Of a DNA stretch of 64,000 nucleotides, positions 1 to 10,677 are shown piece after piece. The position numbers and the translations under genes were made by a program. Origin of the DNA: Octopus sinensis (Eukaryota). The stretch is from contig NC_043003.1 of assembly GCF_006345805.1 (NCBI RefSeq), forward strand, positions 83,948,001-84,012,000. Reading direction: 5' to 3'. Within the stretch, counting starts at the first letter, position 1. Each line of letters starts with the position of its first letter. The notes under the pieces are model-generated. The model worked only from the letters and a program-made list of their open reading frames with translations. It was not told the DNA's origin and did not search any database.

Positions 1-484
1 AGGTCGATAAAATAAGAACCAGTTGAGTGCTGGGGTCGACGTAATCGACTTATTACCTCCGCCGAAATTGCTGGCCTTGTGCCAAAATTTGAAATCAATA
101 TTTCTGCTCTCATCGCACCTCACTTAGTTTTTCTCTCAAGGTTTCTTTCAATCAATTTTTATTTATCTGAACAACTTAAATATACAAAGCAAGAATAAAA
201 AAAAAAGTTAAACTTAACTTCATCTAACTTCATTTATTGGAATATAATAAGCTTTGTCTAGACAATAGATTTGGCTTTTCTATCATTCCACGACAGATTA
301 GTTACTTATTACTAGAACAACGTACTCACTTCATACCTGTATTTTTTGTCTCCTCCTCGTAATTTTTGGTTTCCGTCCGTCTGTTTCTCCTTACCAGTCT
401 CTCCCCGCCCCCTTTCTCTCTGCCTCAGTATTTAACAAGAGCGAAATACTACATTTCTTTCTTTTTTCTTTCCACCTTTCCTTC

Positions 485-520
<36 letters not shown>

Positions 521-926
521 TGTATCTCTCTCATTATCTCTCACTCTTACACGCACACACATACACAATCCAGCAACTATATTTCATCGTTATCTCCTAA
601 CAATTCCTCTCGTCCTATTTTTTTCTCAAACGAAAGTTTTTGAAAATCAGAACAACCCAATTACGTAAAAGTCTTTTCAGGAAGATAATAATTCTTTTCT
701 TCTATTTTTACCTCTTCCTATCAACAAAGCATTTCAGAATTTGAACATTATAGATTGATGTGAACTCCTTACCTGGAATTTATAATATTAAAAAAAAAAT
801 ATCGGTCTTAAGATGAAAATTATCAAACTTTCCTTTTATTGTTATTAACTAAGTATCCTAATATTTTTGCATTTGTTTGATATTAACTTGTGAATGAAAG
901 GCGGCGAGCTGGCAGAATCGTTATTA

Positions 927-1005
<79 letters not shown>

Positions 1006-1330
1006 CCAGTTCAGTGCCTGGAATCGAACTCGGAATCTTGAGGTTAGTAGCCCGCGCTCTTAACCACTACGCCATATGCCCGTGGGCATATTGTGTGTAG
1101 GGGTTAAGAGCGCGGGCTAAATAATAATAATAACAACAACAACAACAACATCGAACATACCTTAGGAATGAGAACTGAGGTTCGAAATTTCCCCAAGACA
1201 TCTGATGAACGCTGGATGGCCGAAACGTTGTGTTAACAACAAACAAGATGAGGACAAATATGTATCAATTGTAAGCAATGTAAATAATGTACATAATTCC
1301 TCAACTCTTAAATATAGAACTGGAAGAGTT
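1006..1330. mobile_element. tRNA-headed, hammerhead-bearing SINE-like/Penelope-like element with an inverted duplicated head
   Basis: The minus strand of 1006-1081 carries an A box (TGGCGTAGTGG) and a B box (GAGTTCGATTC). A hairpin spans 1048-1119. It is followed by (AAT)n/(AAC)n and the hammerhead motif. Confidence 0.6.
1197..1234 (+). ncRNA. Minimal type I hammerhead ribozyme motif (Penelope-like)
   Basis: GACAT-CTGATGA-a-c(GCT ggat GGC)c-GAAA-CGTT-GTGTT. Stem I GACAT/GTGTT; palindromic AACGTT stem III; predicted cut after GUU at 1229. Stem II is short and weak. Confidence 0.6.
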
Positions 1331-3166
1331 CTATTAAGAATTTGTGTGAGCACTGTAGGGTCTTATTGTCTACTGGCATTCAGCCTAATACTCTCGTCAA
1401 CTAATCTTTGCATGTATTTATGTAAATACATTCATTGAAAACTTCACACGGTGACTTGGTTTTAATATAGGGAACAACACACAGCCTAGCCAAAATATCA
1501 GTTACCCATTTAACCAGCTTCCACAGCAGCTTTGACATCTGTCGTCGGCGTTAACTCATATCCAAGTAGTAAACATGTAGCGAGCGATTGGACCTCTTCA
1601 TCCTGATAGGTTCGAAGGGTACCGGTACATAAGGTGGCTATTCTGGCCAACGGCAGTATAGAAGGGTCAGAGGGAATTTATCGCATTGTACGGTTGACGG
1701 AGGACGAAGAAGTGCAAATCTCCCTTTCTGTCCTCGACGTCTAATCTCTGCCTCATGACTTCTGTCATTTTCCATCTAGTCCGTTCCCTTGAAGATGACA
1801 TGCCGCCACTTTGGACGGTCCTTGGTGATTGTCTCCTAGGTATTTGGGTCAATAGAACAGCGGAGGAGAGTAACCTTGGGTTAGTCATGGAAACGGAATT
1901 TAAGGGCTCCGCGTGGTCTGGTGTCTGAGGCCAACTCCGCAAAGATAATTTTTCTGCCTTGGCAACAATATTATCTCAAAACATTGACAAACACTGCTCT
2001 GGCGTCCATAGTACTGTTGAATCTAATGCAATGAGTGTGAACAGAAGAAACAGCATAACTGTTGTTTGACAGAAAGTTTGCATGAGTCTATCGAGAAGAC
2101 ATAATCACTTCTGTCCCAAATCACTTCTCAAGGTAGAAAGATGGTAAGGTGTTTTGCATTGAATGAGCTTATAGACGTGTTAGTACAGAAAACTTGTGGC
2201 GCGAGTTCACCAGGCTCTCTTGATCACGGTCAGAGAAATTAGTGTTCCATTCTGCATGTTATGAAGGGAAGAAATTACTTTCAAGTTGTCTGGTTTGGCC
2301 TGGTAAATCCATATGGATCAATTCCTCGAAAGTGTTGGATATTTATGCTGCTCTCGATTGAAGGAAATAATTTCTCATACGTTACTATAAATCAGAGTTT
2401 ATGCTATCTACTATCAATTCACGCTCAAGTGACAGGCAACCAACAGCAGTTAGCTTTCACTTTCAAGCATTCGAGAGCCAGCTGAATTACCATCGCTGGT
2501 AGACAGTCATTCGACTGTGTGGTGTGGGTGACGTCATAACTATTCTGAGTAAATCTTCAAGACACAGCATAAAATTATACAATTGTTTCGCTTTAAAAGA
2601 ATTACTGTGTACCGAATCCTTTTCATTGTATGTAGGAGCACATTGTTAAATGCGTTCTTTGTTTTCTTGATATGGTAGGGTATGATTTAAAAAGATTTAG
2701 TTGCTATTTTTAGCACATTGAAAAATCCGATGCATACTCTCTCACAGGTTCGTGTTGGTTTTCTTATCAATTGATCGAGTGTAGCGCGTTGTCAGAATCG
2801 TTAGAGCATCGGATAAAATGCGTGAAGTATTTCTTCTGTGGCTATAAGATGTTGTAACCACTTGTGCATGAGCTGATAGCTAACTGCTAGAAGCTGTATG
2901 TGACTGCTAATATTGTGAGCTGGCTGGTAGCTGTTGGGTGCCAGTTGTTATTTCTAGCATCGGAGGTCAACAGTTGAACATAGAAGATAAACGTCGAAAT
3001 CTGCTGAGATTTTTACGAACTAACTTTATTTCTGATTGAGAGAGTTTGAATGTTGTGCTTGGTGTAACTGAAATAGTATTATGACAAATGTTGAGAGAGC
3101 TTAAATGTTACTGAAATAGTATTACCGTAAATGTTGAGAGAGTTTGGATGTTATTGTAATTGAAAT

Positions 3167-4155
3167 AGGATCTTTTCTTTTTGAAGGCCAGATTTTCCTA
3201 GTTAAATAAAAAATTTGAAACTTCGTATACTGGTAGAATGTGTCAAAAGAAAACATTATTGTAAACAAAATTGAAAACAAAATTGTAATTCGTAACTTAA
3301 ACGTAGTTTAATTTTAAGAATTTTAACCAATGAAATCGCAGCATTCGAGCTCAAATTATTTACCTCTTCTTCTATCTTCTACATGTGCTAGAAATAACAG
3401 CTATATCTCTTAAATCGATTAATTTCGTCGCCCAATAAAAATATTAACGATATTTTTTGAATATTTTCTTCTTTTTTTTTTACCGAAAAGGCTTCTCCCA
3501 TGGTTTTGAAGGGCCAGAAACAACAAAAACAAAACAATAATACGCCTAAATCGGTCTCGAGTTTGCGCGTGGAGTGTGAGTCGTATTGTAAAAATTTGCA
3601 AAATATTTTTTCATAAAAGGATGCCCCCAGCTTGTCGGAAGCTGTGATATAAATTGGGAAAAAAATCCTCGACACCAGTGCGTAATTGGTACTTAATTTA
3701 TCGACCCCGAAACGATGAAACATTGACCCCACCTCCCCTTCTGTGCAAATTTGTTACGGCAAGTGGCAAAACACAACGTGTATTTTTGCTTGTGTGCGTA
3801 TGTGTGTGTATGTATATGTCCGTTTGTATGTGTGTGTACGCTTATATATTAATTACTATGTGCTTGTGCAAATGTGTGTGTGTGTGTGTGTGTCGTGTGT
3901 GTCGTGCGTCTGCTATATTTCTTTATCAACATCGATAACGCAGCAATGTTGGGATTTCATTGGTTAATATTCGAAGATGTTGGGATTTCATTGGTTAAAA
4001 TTCGTAAAAATTAAACTACGTTTAAGTTACAAATTACAATTTTGTTTTCAATTTTGTTTACAATAATGTTTTCTTTTGACACATTCTACCAGTATACGAA
4101 GTTTCAAATTTTTTAGTTAACTAGGAAAATCTGGCCTTCAAAAAGAAAAGATCCT
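3167..4155. mobile_element. Fold-back/MITE-like element with about 170-bp terminal inverted repeats
   Basis: 3167-3340 (AGGATCTTTTCTTTTTGAAGGCCAG...) is the near-exact reverse complement of about 3980-4155. No clean TSD. Confidence 0.8.
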
Positions 4156-4398
4156 TGAAGAAATAATATTTGAAAAGTTATTGCTAGTCATTATGTTGCT
4201 GGGCATAGTTCATCATGATGATATTGGCTAAGTTCAACCGTTGTCCGAGTCTGTTCACCACGTCGCCTGTCAGTCGTCTCTACTACGTCCCAAAATCTCT
4301 CTCTGACTACTGGCTGTCACTACGTTGATATTATTCTGACCGAGAGGCTCAGGAAGAAAGGTGCCAAAAACTTGCTATTAGTCGCTGGAGCCCTATTC

Positions 4399-4502
4399 CA
4401 CGTGAAGCCATGATTGGCCAGATCCCATTGATCACGTGGACAATATTCCTTCCAGACGAAATCATGATTGGTCAGCTTCATTGAACATGTGAGCAACATT
4501 CC
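4399..4502. promoter_or_regulatory. Candidate cis-regulatory module: paired inverted CCAAT boxes and E-boxes
   Basis: CACGTG at 4399 and 4433, CATGTG at 4486, and CATGATTGG at 4409 and 4463 (54-bp period), in CpG-retaining unique sequence. Confidence 0.3.
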
Positions 4503-4989
4503 AGCGAATCGCGATATTCGGGTAAATACTGAATAGTCTCACTACACTTCCTTACGTTCTAAATTCAAATCCCGCTCAGACCAACTTGCCTCTCATCCTT
4601 ATGTGGTCGATAAAATAAAATAAAAACAGTTAAATATCGGGATCAATGTAATCGACTGCCTTTCCTCAAGGTTGCTAGCTTTGTGCCTAAATTAGATCAC
4701 TTATTATCAATTGGTCAAAAGCAGTGGACAGCAAACTCGGTGGAGCATTGCATTAAATATTTTGAAATATTTAACTTATACTGCTTCATGTTTCTGAATT
4801 AAAATACAATCGAGGGTTGACTTCGAAATTCATCAAGTATCAATAAAATAATTAACAGTTAATTACAAGTAGAATAAAATTTATTAATGTCAATTTTAAT
4901 TTTAACACTAAAACTTGAACTTATTAATAATCAATTACGTCAAATTGATACCGATTTTAACATATCTGCCTTTTTTCATTCTTCTAGAG

Positions 4990-5106
4990 CAGTGTTTCTC
5001 AATATATATTGAAATTAGTATTAGCTTATCTCATTCTGTCTCGCGGAGCCTCTAGGAACCTCTGCGGAACCCTAGGGTTCCGGGAAATCCCGATTGAGAA
5101 ATGCTG
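4990..5106. mobile_element. Short hAT/Charlie-type MITE
   Basis: TIR CAGTGTTTCTCAA / TTGAGAAATGCTG with 8-bp TSD ttctagag / ctctagag (NTCTAGAN target typical of Charlie elements). Confidence 0.85.
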
Positions 5107-5794
5107 CTCTAGAGTCTAGACTCGTCCCTAGCGAGATGATTTCAAGAGAAGTCGTTTTTAGAGGGTTAGAGTAAAATAAACATTGTACTTCGTCTTTTGA
5201 ATCTGAAGAAAAGATAATGCTGTATGCCATTATTATAGAAACTCAGTACAAGAAGTGGCAGATCATATCGAACATATGTGCAGTAGTTGCTGGAAGGTAC
5301 CAACCTTGACAAAACACTATGTTGCAGAGATAATGATGGATAGGAAAACGAGGGAGAAACTGGTCAATGTGATTCGAGATGGTATGACAAGACAACCAGA
5401 ATCGATAACAGGATAAATTTAATACATGCCGCGTAAGAATTGGTGTGTTAGTTATCTGAGGAATCGCTTATCTGTGTGACTTTGATGATGCTGTAGCATT
5501 GGATTTGAACCCATTTTTTTTCCACATACGAATTTCAAATCGCAATTTAATCGCGGGTTGACCATGTATGCAATCGATATCTTGTCCGATCGACGGCTGT
5601 TGTTTGCGGGATAGTTCTGTAGCCCATCTGGAACTTTGCGTAAGTAAAGCCTATAAGTACAGTCAATAAAAGCACCTTCTCTTCTAATGTCTTAGGTCGA
5701 GCTTCGAATTATACTCTCTATATAGTCGTTTTAATGGCTGCATATTCTATAGAGGATATCGAAGAAGGGGACATGACACACACCTCTCTTTTTT

Positions 5795-5944
5795 ACTCTT
5801 TTACTTGTTTCAGTCATTTGACTGCGGCCATGCTGGAGCACCGCCTTTTTAATCGAGCAACTCGACCCCGGGATTATTCTTTTGTAAGCCCAGTACTTAT
5901 TCTATCGGTCTCTTTTGCCGAACCGCTAAGTAACGGGGAAACTT
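5795..5944 (-). mobile_element. 3' half of a family B SINE abutting the 7SL 3' end
   Basis: Reverse complement reads CCCCGTTACTTAGCGGTTCGGC...CTCCAGCATGGCCGCAGTCAAATGACTGAAACAAGTAAAAGAG. Confidence 0.88.
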
Positions 5945-6243
5945 AAAAAGGTTGGAGTTCAATTATATCGAACAGGCTGCCAACCGACGACTATTCACAG
6001 GCGCGATCCCACTACTGCTCGACACGGGGCCTTTTGCCTGCTGCGTTTCCGCCCTGGGCCGAAGCGACCCTCCTTAGACAACCTGGTCCTGATGAGCTCC
6101 CTCTCCAGCACCATATTGATGCCGAGCTTAGCGCGGACACCCGATCGTCATAGAAGACCGACTACCAGGACTCCCATCCTCAAACCGGTCAACCAACCAA
6201 GCCTCCGAGTAGCTGGATTACAGGAGCACGCCACGACACCTGT
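5945..6243 (-). ncRNA. 7SL: 7SL / SRP RNA, full length (299 nt)
   Basis: The reverse complement contains the Alu domain (TGTAA motif, GCTACTCGGAGGCT), CGATCGGGTGTCCGC, GGCATCAATATGGTG, a helix-6 GGAG tetraloop, helix-8 CAGGGCG-GAAA-CGCAGCA and AGTAGTGGGATCGCGCCTGTGAATAG. GGTTGG pairs with the terminal CCAACC. It ends in TTTTT (Pol III terminator). Confidence 0.96.
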
Positions 6244-6442
6244 ATATTTTTTTGAAACTTCAAACAGACATTTTCCTTGCATGCCATATTATGTTATTTC
6301 CACCTTACTGTTTACCATTAGTTGTAATGCATGAACATCTTTTCATACTAATGCAACACAATAAATTATGTTCAACGCAGTGTCGTGAAATTACCACACA
6401 AATTCTGTTAATTTGATTTTATATGGGAACAACACACACCAT

Positions 6443-6850
6443 AGGTGCAGGAGTGGCTGTGTGGTAAGTTGCTTGCTAACCAACCACATGGTTCCGGGTT
6501 CAGTCCCACTGCGTGGCATCTTGGGCAAGTGTCTTCTGCTATAGCCCCGGGCCGACCAATGCCTTGTGAGTGGATTTGGTAGACGGAAACTGAAAGAAGC
6601 CTGTCGTATATATGTATTTATATGTGTGTGTGTGTGTTTGTATGTCTGTGTTTGTCCCCCTAGCATTGCTTGACAGCCGATGCTGGTGTGTTTACGTCCC
6701 TGTCACTTAGCGGGTCGGCAAAAAGAGACCGATAGAATAAGTACTGGGTTTACAAAAGTTTAAGTCCCGGGGCCGATTTGCTCGACTAAAGGCGGTGCTC
6801 CAGCATGGCCGCAGTCAAATGGCTGAAACATGTAAAAGAGAGTAAAAGAG
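6443..6850 (+). mobile_element. Full-length tRNA-derived SINE, family B (GGCGCAGGAGTGGCTGTGTGG-type head)
   Basis: A/B boxes (TGTGGTAAG, GGGTTCAGTCC), an internal TA/TG microsatellite and the tail GGCGGTGCTCCAGCATGGCCGCAGTC...(AAAGAG)n. Confidence 0.88.
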
Positions 6851-7082
6851 AGAGAGCCTAAAAAATATTCAACAACCTATCATCCACAGATATAATTGGT
6901 GGCCCTGACGTGATTGTTTTTGGCCGGTGATGCAGGTATGGTAAATTGGTAGTTGAAGGTAAGCTTACAGGAAGCAGTGGTATTTGTTCGTTTTAAATAT
7001 ATAGCACATGTTATGGATAACAACGCCATTGGTTATAGGTTTCCATTGTACCAATCATTAGTTTACTATGTTTCCAATTGTA

Positions 7083-8300
7083 TTGGATTGGTAACTAAGT
7101 TCCCGCCGGTTTTTTTCTTTATTTAAATTTTTTAAAAGGTTTAATAAAAAAATGACAACTAATTAATCAATTCACCCTTGTTTACAACTTTTTCCAAATG
7201 TTCAATAAGATTTTCAGTACCTCGTTGGTAGAAATCACCCGATTTCGACTCGAAAAATTGATCCAACGAAGCTCTCAATTTTGCATCAGTACTGAACGGA
7301 GCTCCGCGCATAGCGTTTGAAAGAGGTGGAAATCCGTTGGTGCCAAATCAGGAGAGTACGGCGGGTGTGGCAGCACTTCCCAGCCATTCGTTTGAATGGC
7401 TTCCTTGGTCATATTGGTGATATGAGGGCGGGCGTTGTTGTGCAGCAGTAGAACTCCATGCTGTCGATTAGGTCTTTTCTCGTCAATAGCTGTGTTGAGT
7501 CGTTCCATCTGTTGAACATAGAGTTCCGCGTTGACCGTTTAGTTCCGTTCAAGCAATTCATAATGGATAATCCCTTCCCAGTCCCACCATACGCACAACA
7601 TCGTTTTACGCAGATGAAGATCTTGTTTAACGCGCGATGTTGTTTATTTACCGGGGCTAAGCCATTTCTTACGCTGCTTAATATTGATGTACAGACACCA
7701 TTTTTCATCGACAGTAACGATTCGGTAAAGAAATCGTTGCTTGTGTCCATGAGTTGAGCGGTGACGAGCAAGCAAACCAGCGTAGATTGTGGCTCGTAGA
7801 TTTTTGTTGTTTCACTTAAAGCATGCTGAAGCCATGCTCTATACTTCTGAACATTTCCCATCGAGTGAAGATGCTTTTCTGTAGCAGTGTGGGAGCATTC
7901 CATTTTCTCTGCCAGTTCCCTTGTCGTTTGACGAGAATTTTTGTGCAAAAGTTGGTTTAATCACTTCTTCATCGAACTCAATTGGATAGCCAAAACGAGG
8001 TGCGTCTTTGAGGTCAAAAATTTCCATTTTTGAACTTGGCATACCAATCACGAGCGGTCTTAGAACCTTGATTAAAAGCAAAAAGAAGGAGATGTCGAAA
8101 ATGCTCGTTTTCCTTAACTTGATATGAAAATAAACAAAAATTAACTAAAATTAACTAGAAAAAAGACAACAAAAAACAAAATAGATTCCAAAATGATTCA
8201 AAAATAGAATTCTCGAAAAAAAAAAAACAGATTCCAAAATTTAAAAATGCAATAAATTCCAAAATTTAAAACAGCAGCAGGAACTCAGTTGCCAACACAA
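7083..8300 (-). mobile_element. Mariner (Tc1/mariner) transposon, decayed transposase
   Basis: TIRs TTGGATTGGTAACTAAGTTCC / GGAACTCAGTTGCCAACACAA with TA at both ends. Frameshifted ORF pieces include DEKW, LLLHNNARPH and HPPYSPDLAPTDFHLF. There is an apparent short deletion in the N-terminal HTH region. Confidence 0.93.
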
Positions 8301-8367
8301 TAGACAAGAGAAAGTTTGCTTCAAACCGCAGGTTTATCGGTTTCCTTGCTGATACTCACGATCTTTG

Positions 8368-8693
8368 CATATATGTGTGTAAGCATGTATGCATGTATGT
8401 ATACGTGTGTGTGTGTGAGTGTGTGTATATGTTATTGTATTTAGAGAAAGATAGACTGGTGGAGGAGCATAAGTAAGATGTTAAGTCCATTGAAAGGAGT
8501 GAGAGAGGACACTGTTAGCAGAGATAGATTGATAGAAAGATAGATAGACAGAGATATATAAATCATTTCTCGAGACACGGTTATTGCAACAATAAGCCCG
8601 TTGTACTTTGATAACAATATATATTCATATATATTGCACATTGACATCAAACACTATATATATGTGTGTGTATGTGTGTATGTATATATATAT
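8368..8693 (+). repeat. About 326-bp segment duplicated at 21219-21544
   Basis: Only two substitutions seen by eye; both ends are TA/TG microsatellites. Confidence 0.92.
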
Positions 8694-10216
8694 ATCCACC
8701 AGAAAAAGCACGAAATACACACATGCACAGTGGGCTTCTTTCAATTTCTGTCAACCAACTCCACTTACAAGACTTTGGCCAATTAAGGGCTATAGTAAGA
8801 CGACACAAGCCCAAGGTGTTACCCAGAATTATGTGTTCAGAAGCAAACGTTTTATCACCATGGCCACACATGCTGTTGTATAGATACATCTCACAACTTA
8901 ATCCCTAAATAGTTAATCAAAATTAATTCATTTAATTCTTCTGTCAAGTAAAGCCTTGCACCAATTCCACAATATTCTAGCAATCTCTTTGCTTTTAGAT
9001 TCAGTGGTTCTCAACAGTTTTTCACCTATGGACCCTTTTGGTTCCTATTTTACTCTACTGGTTCCTCTAATCCATTCAATGTTTAAAAATATCCTATTAT
9101 ATTTTTATAATTAAATGTTCTTTTGTTTCTTTATTTTTTTTACTTGTTAAACTGCAGCCATGCTGGAGCACTGCCTTAAAAGGTTTTAATCGAAGAAATC
9201 AACCATCCCAGGACTTATTCTTTGTAAGTCTTATACTTATTATATCGATATCTTTTTACCGAACCGCTAAGTTATGGGGACATAAACACATTCCACTCGA
9301 AGTTCAACTCTCTATGTAAGACCAACCACCAGTATGTAGGTAGATGTCTAACTGGAACATCATATAAAACATTTGCAATGACAATAATAAAATAATAAGG
9401 GATACCAATATGATGTTGGTAGTGGTGTGAAGTTAAGAAAATATGATATTGGAAATAGAAAAAATGTGATGCTGAAAACAGAAGAAATTGAAAGAAAAAA
9501 AAAGCATTAAAAAAAAAAGAAAAACCAAGATTGTAGAATATTTATTTATTTATTTATTCCCCACTTCAATGATTATGGTCACATTGGCAGTGAAATAACA
9601 GAATGCACAAAACAACAGTTTGTATATATGTATGTGTTTATGTGTGTGTGTGTGTGTGTGTGTGTGTTATGTCATAGGTGTTTAAGTATATGCCAGTGAT
9701 AACTTGAATATGAGTATATGTATATATGTATATATATATGTATATTATATATATATATATATATATAATATATATATATATATATAATATATATTATATA
9801 TATGTATATATATATATATTATATATATATTATATATATATATATGTATATATATATGTGTGTATATATATATATGTGTATGTATATATATATGTATGTA
9901 TGGGTGCCTTGCTTGCATCTGTGTGTGTGTGTCTGTGTGTATGTGTGCATGTGTAATATATATATTATAAAAAGAGAGATAGAGAAAGAAAAAGAAGGAA
10001 CAAACAAATGCTCGTTAAATGATCAAAGCATTAGTTTATTGACAATATATTTTTGAAAACATTAGATATCAGCTGAATTTTTGATTTCCTTATCAAAAAC
10101 ATTTTCTTAAAAATAAATAAAATAATGACAACAATAGTAATAATAATAATAATAATAATCAGAAGAAGAATATACGAATAATTAAAAGAAAATGAACTGA
10201 ATGAAAAGAGACTGAA

Positions 10217-10247
<31 letters not shown>

Positions 10248-10537
10248 ATTAATATATAATTAATTAATCATTAAGCAAGGATGATTCAGCAAGAGGATGT
10301 TGTGTTAATATTTAACAACAAATGCTAGTCTTGAGCTAAGGAAAATGGAGACAATAGATATTATCATGTTCATCTGGATTTTAACGGGAGGTTCAGTGTG
10401 TATCTTATCTGCTAAGGAGATTCCTCTGCACATACTCATGAAACTATATCAACACACACATTCTCACACACACACGCACGCATATGTGTGCATGCACACA
10501 CACATGCATGTATGTATTTATATAAATGATACATATA

Positions 10538-10677
10538 CTTTATTTAAAGCAGCAGAAAATTCAACAAAATCTGTTACTCTGAGTTTCTCGTTGCCGTTCA
10601 TCAGACAGTTTTTGCTAGAATGGAACCGATATATCGGTTCCCAGATTTTGTTGAATTTTCTGCTGCTTTAAATAAAG
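10538..10677. repeat. Fold-back: perfect 36-bp inverted arms (10538-10573 / 10642-10677) around the hammerhead motif and a 20-bp palindrome (10622-10641)
   Basis: CTTTATTTAAAGCAGCAGAAAATTCAACAAAATCTG and its exact reverse complement; GGAACCGATATATCGGTTCC is self-complementary. Confidence 0.95.
10564..10615 (-). ncRNA. Minimal type I hammerhead ribozyme motif
   Basis: Minus strand reads GCAAAAACTGT-CTGATGA-ACGGCAACGA-GAAA-CTCAGA-GTA-ACAGATTTTGT. Stem I pairs 10 of 11 positions, stem III ACTC/GAGT, GUA cleavage triplet, GCAA tetraloop. Positions 10.1/11.1 are an atypical A.A. Confidence 0.68.

Noticed and set aside
1006-1081. Possible tRNA gene
   Set aside because: A/B boxes are present, but the acceptor and T stems do not pair; it is a SINE-type head.
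1667-1942. 91-aa ORF in a GC-richer segment
   Set aside because: No recognisable domain; probably part of an unclassified repeat.
10345-10460. Signal-peptide-like ORF start METIDIIMFIWILTGGSVCILSA
   Set aside because: It runs into a CA microsatellite, has no strong donor and no homology.
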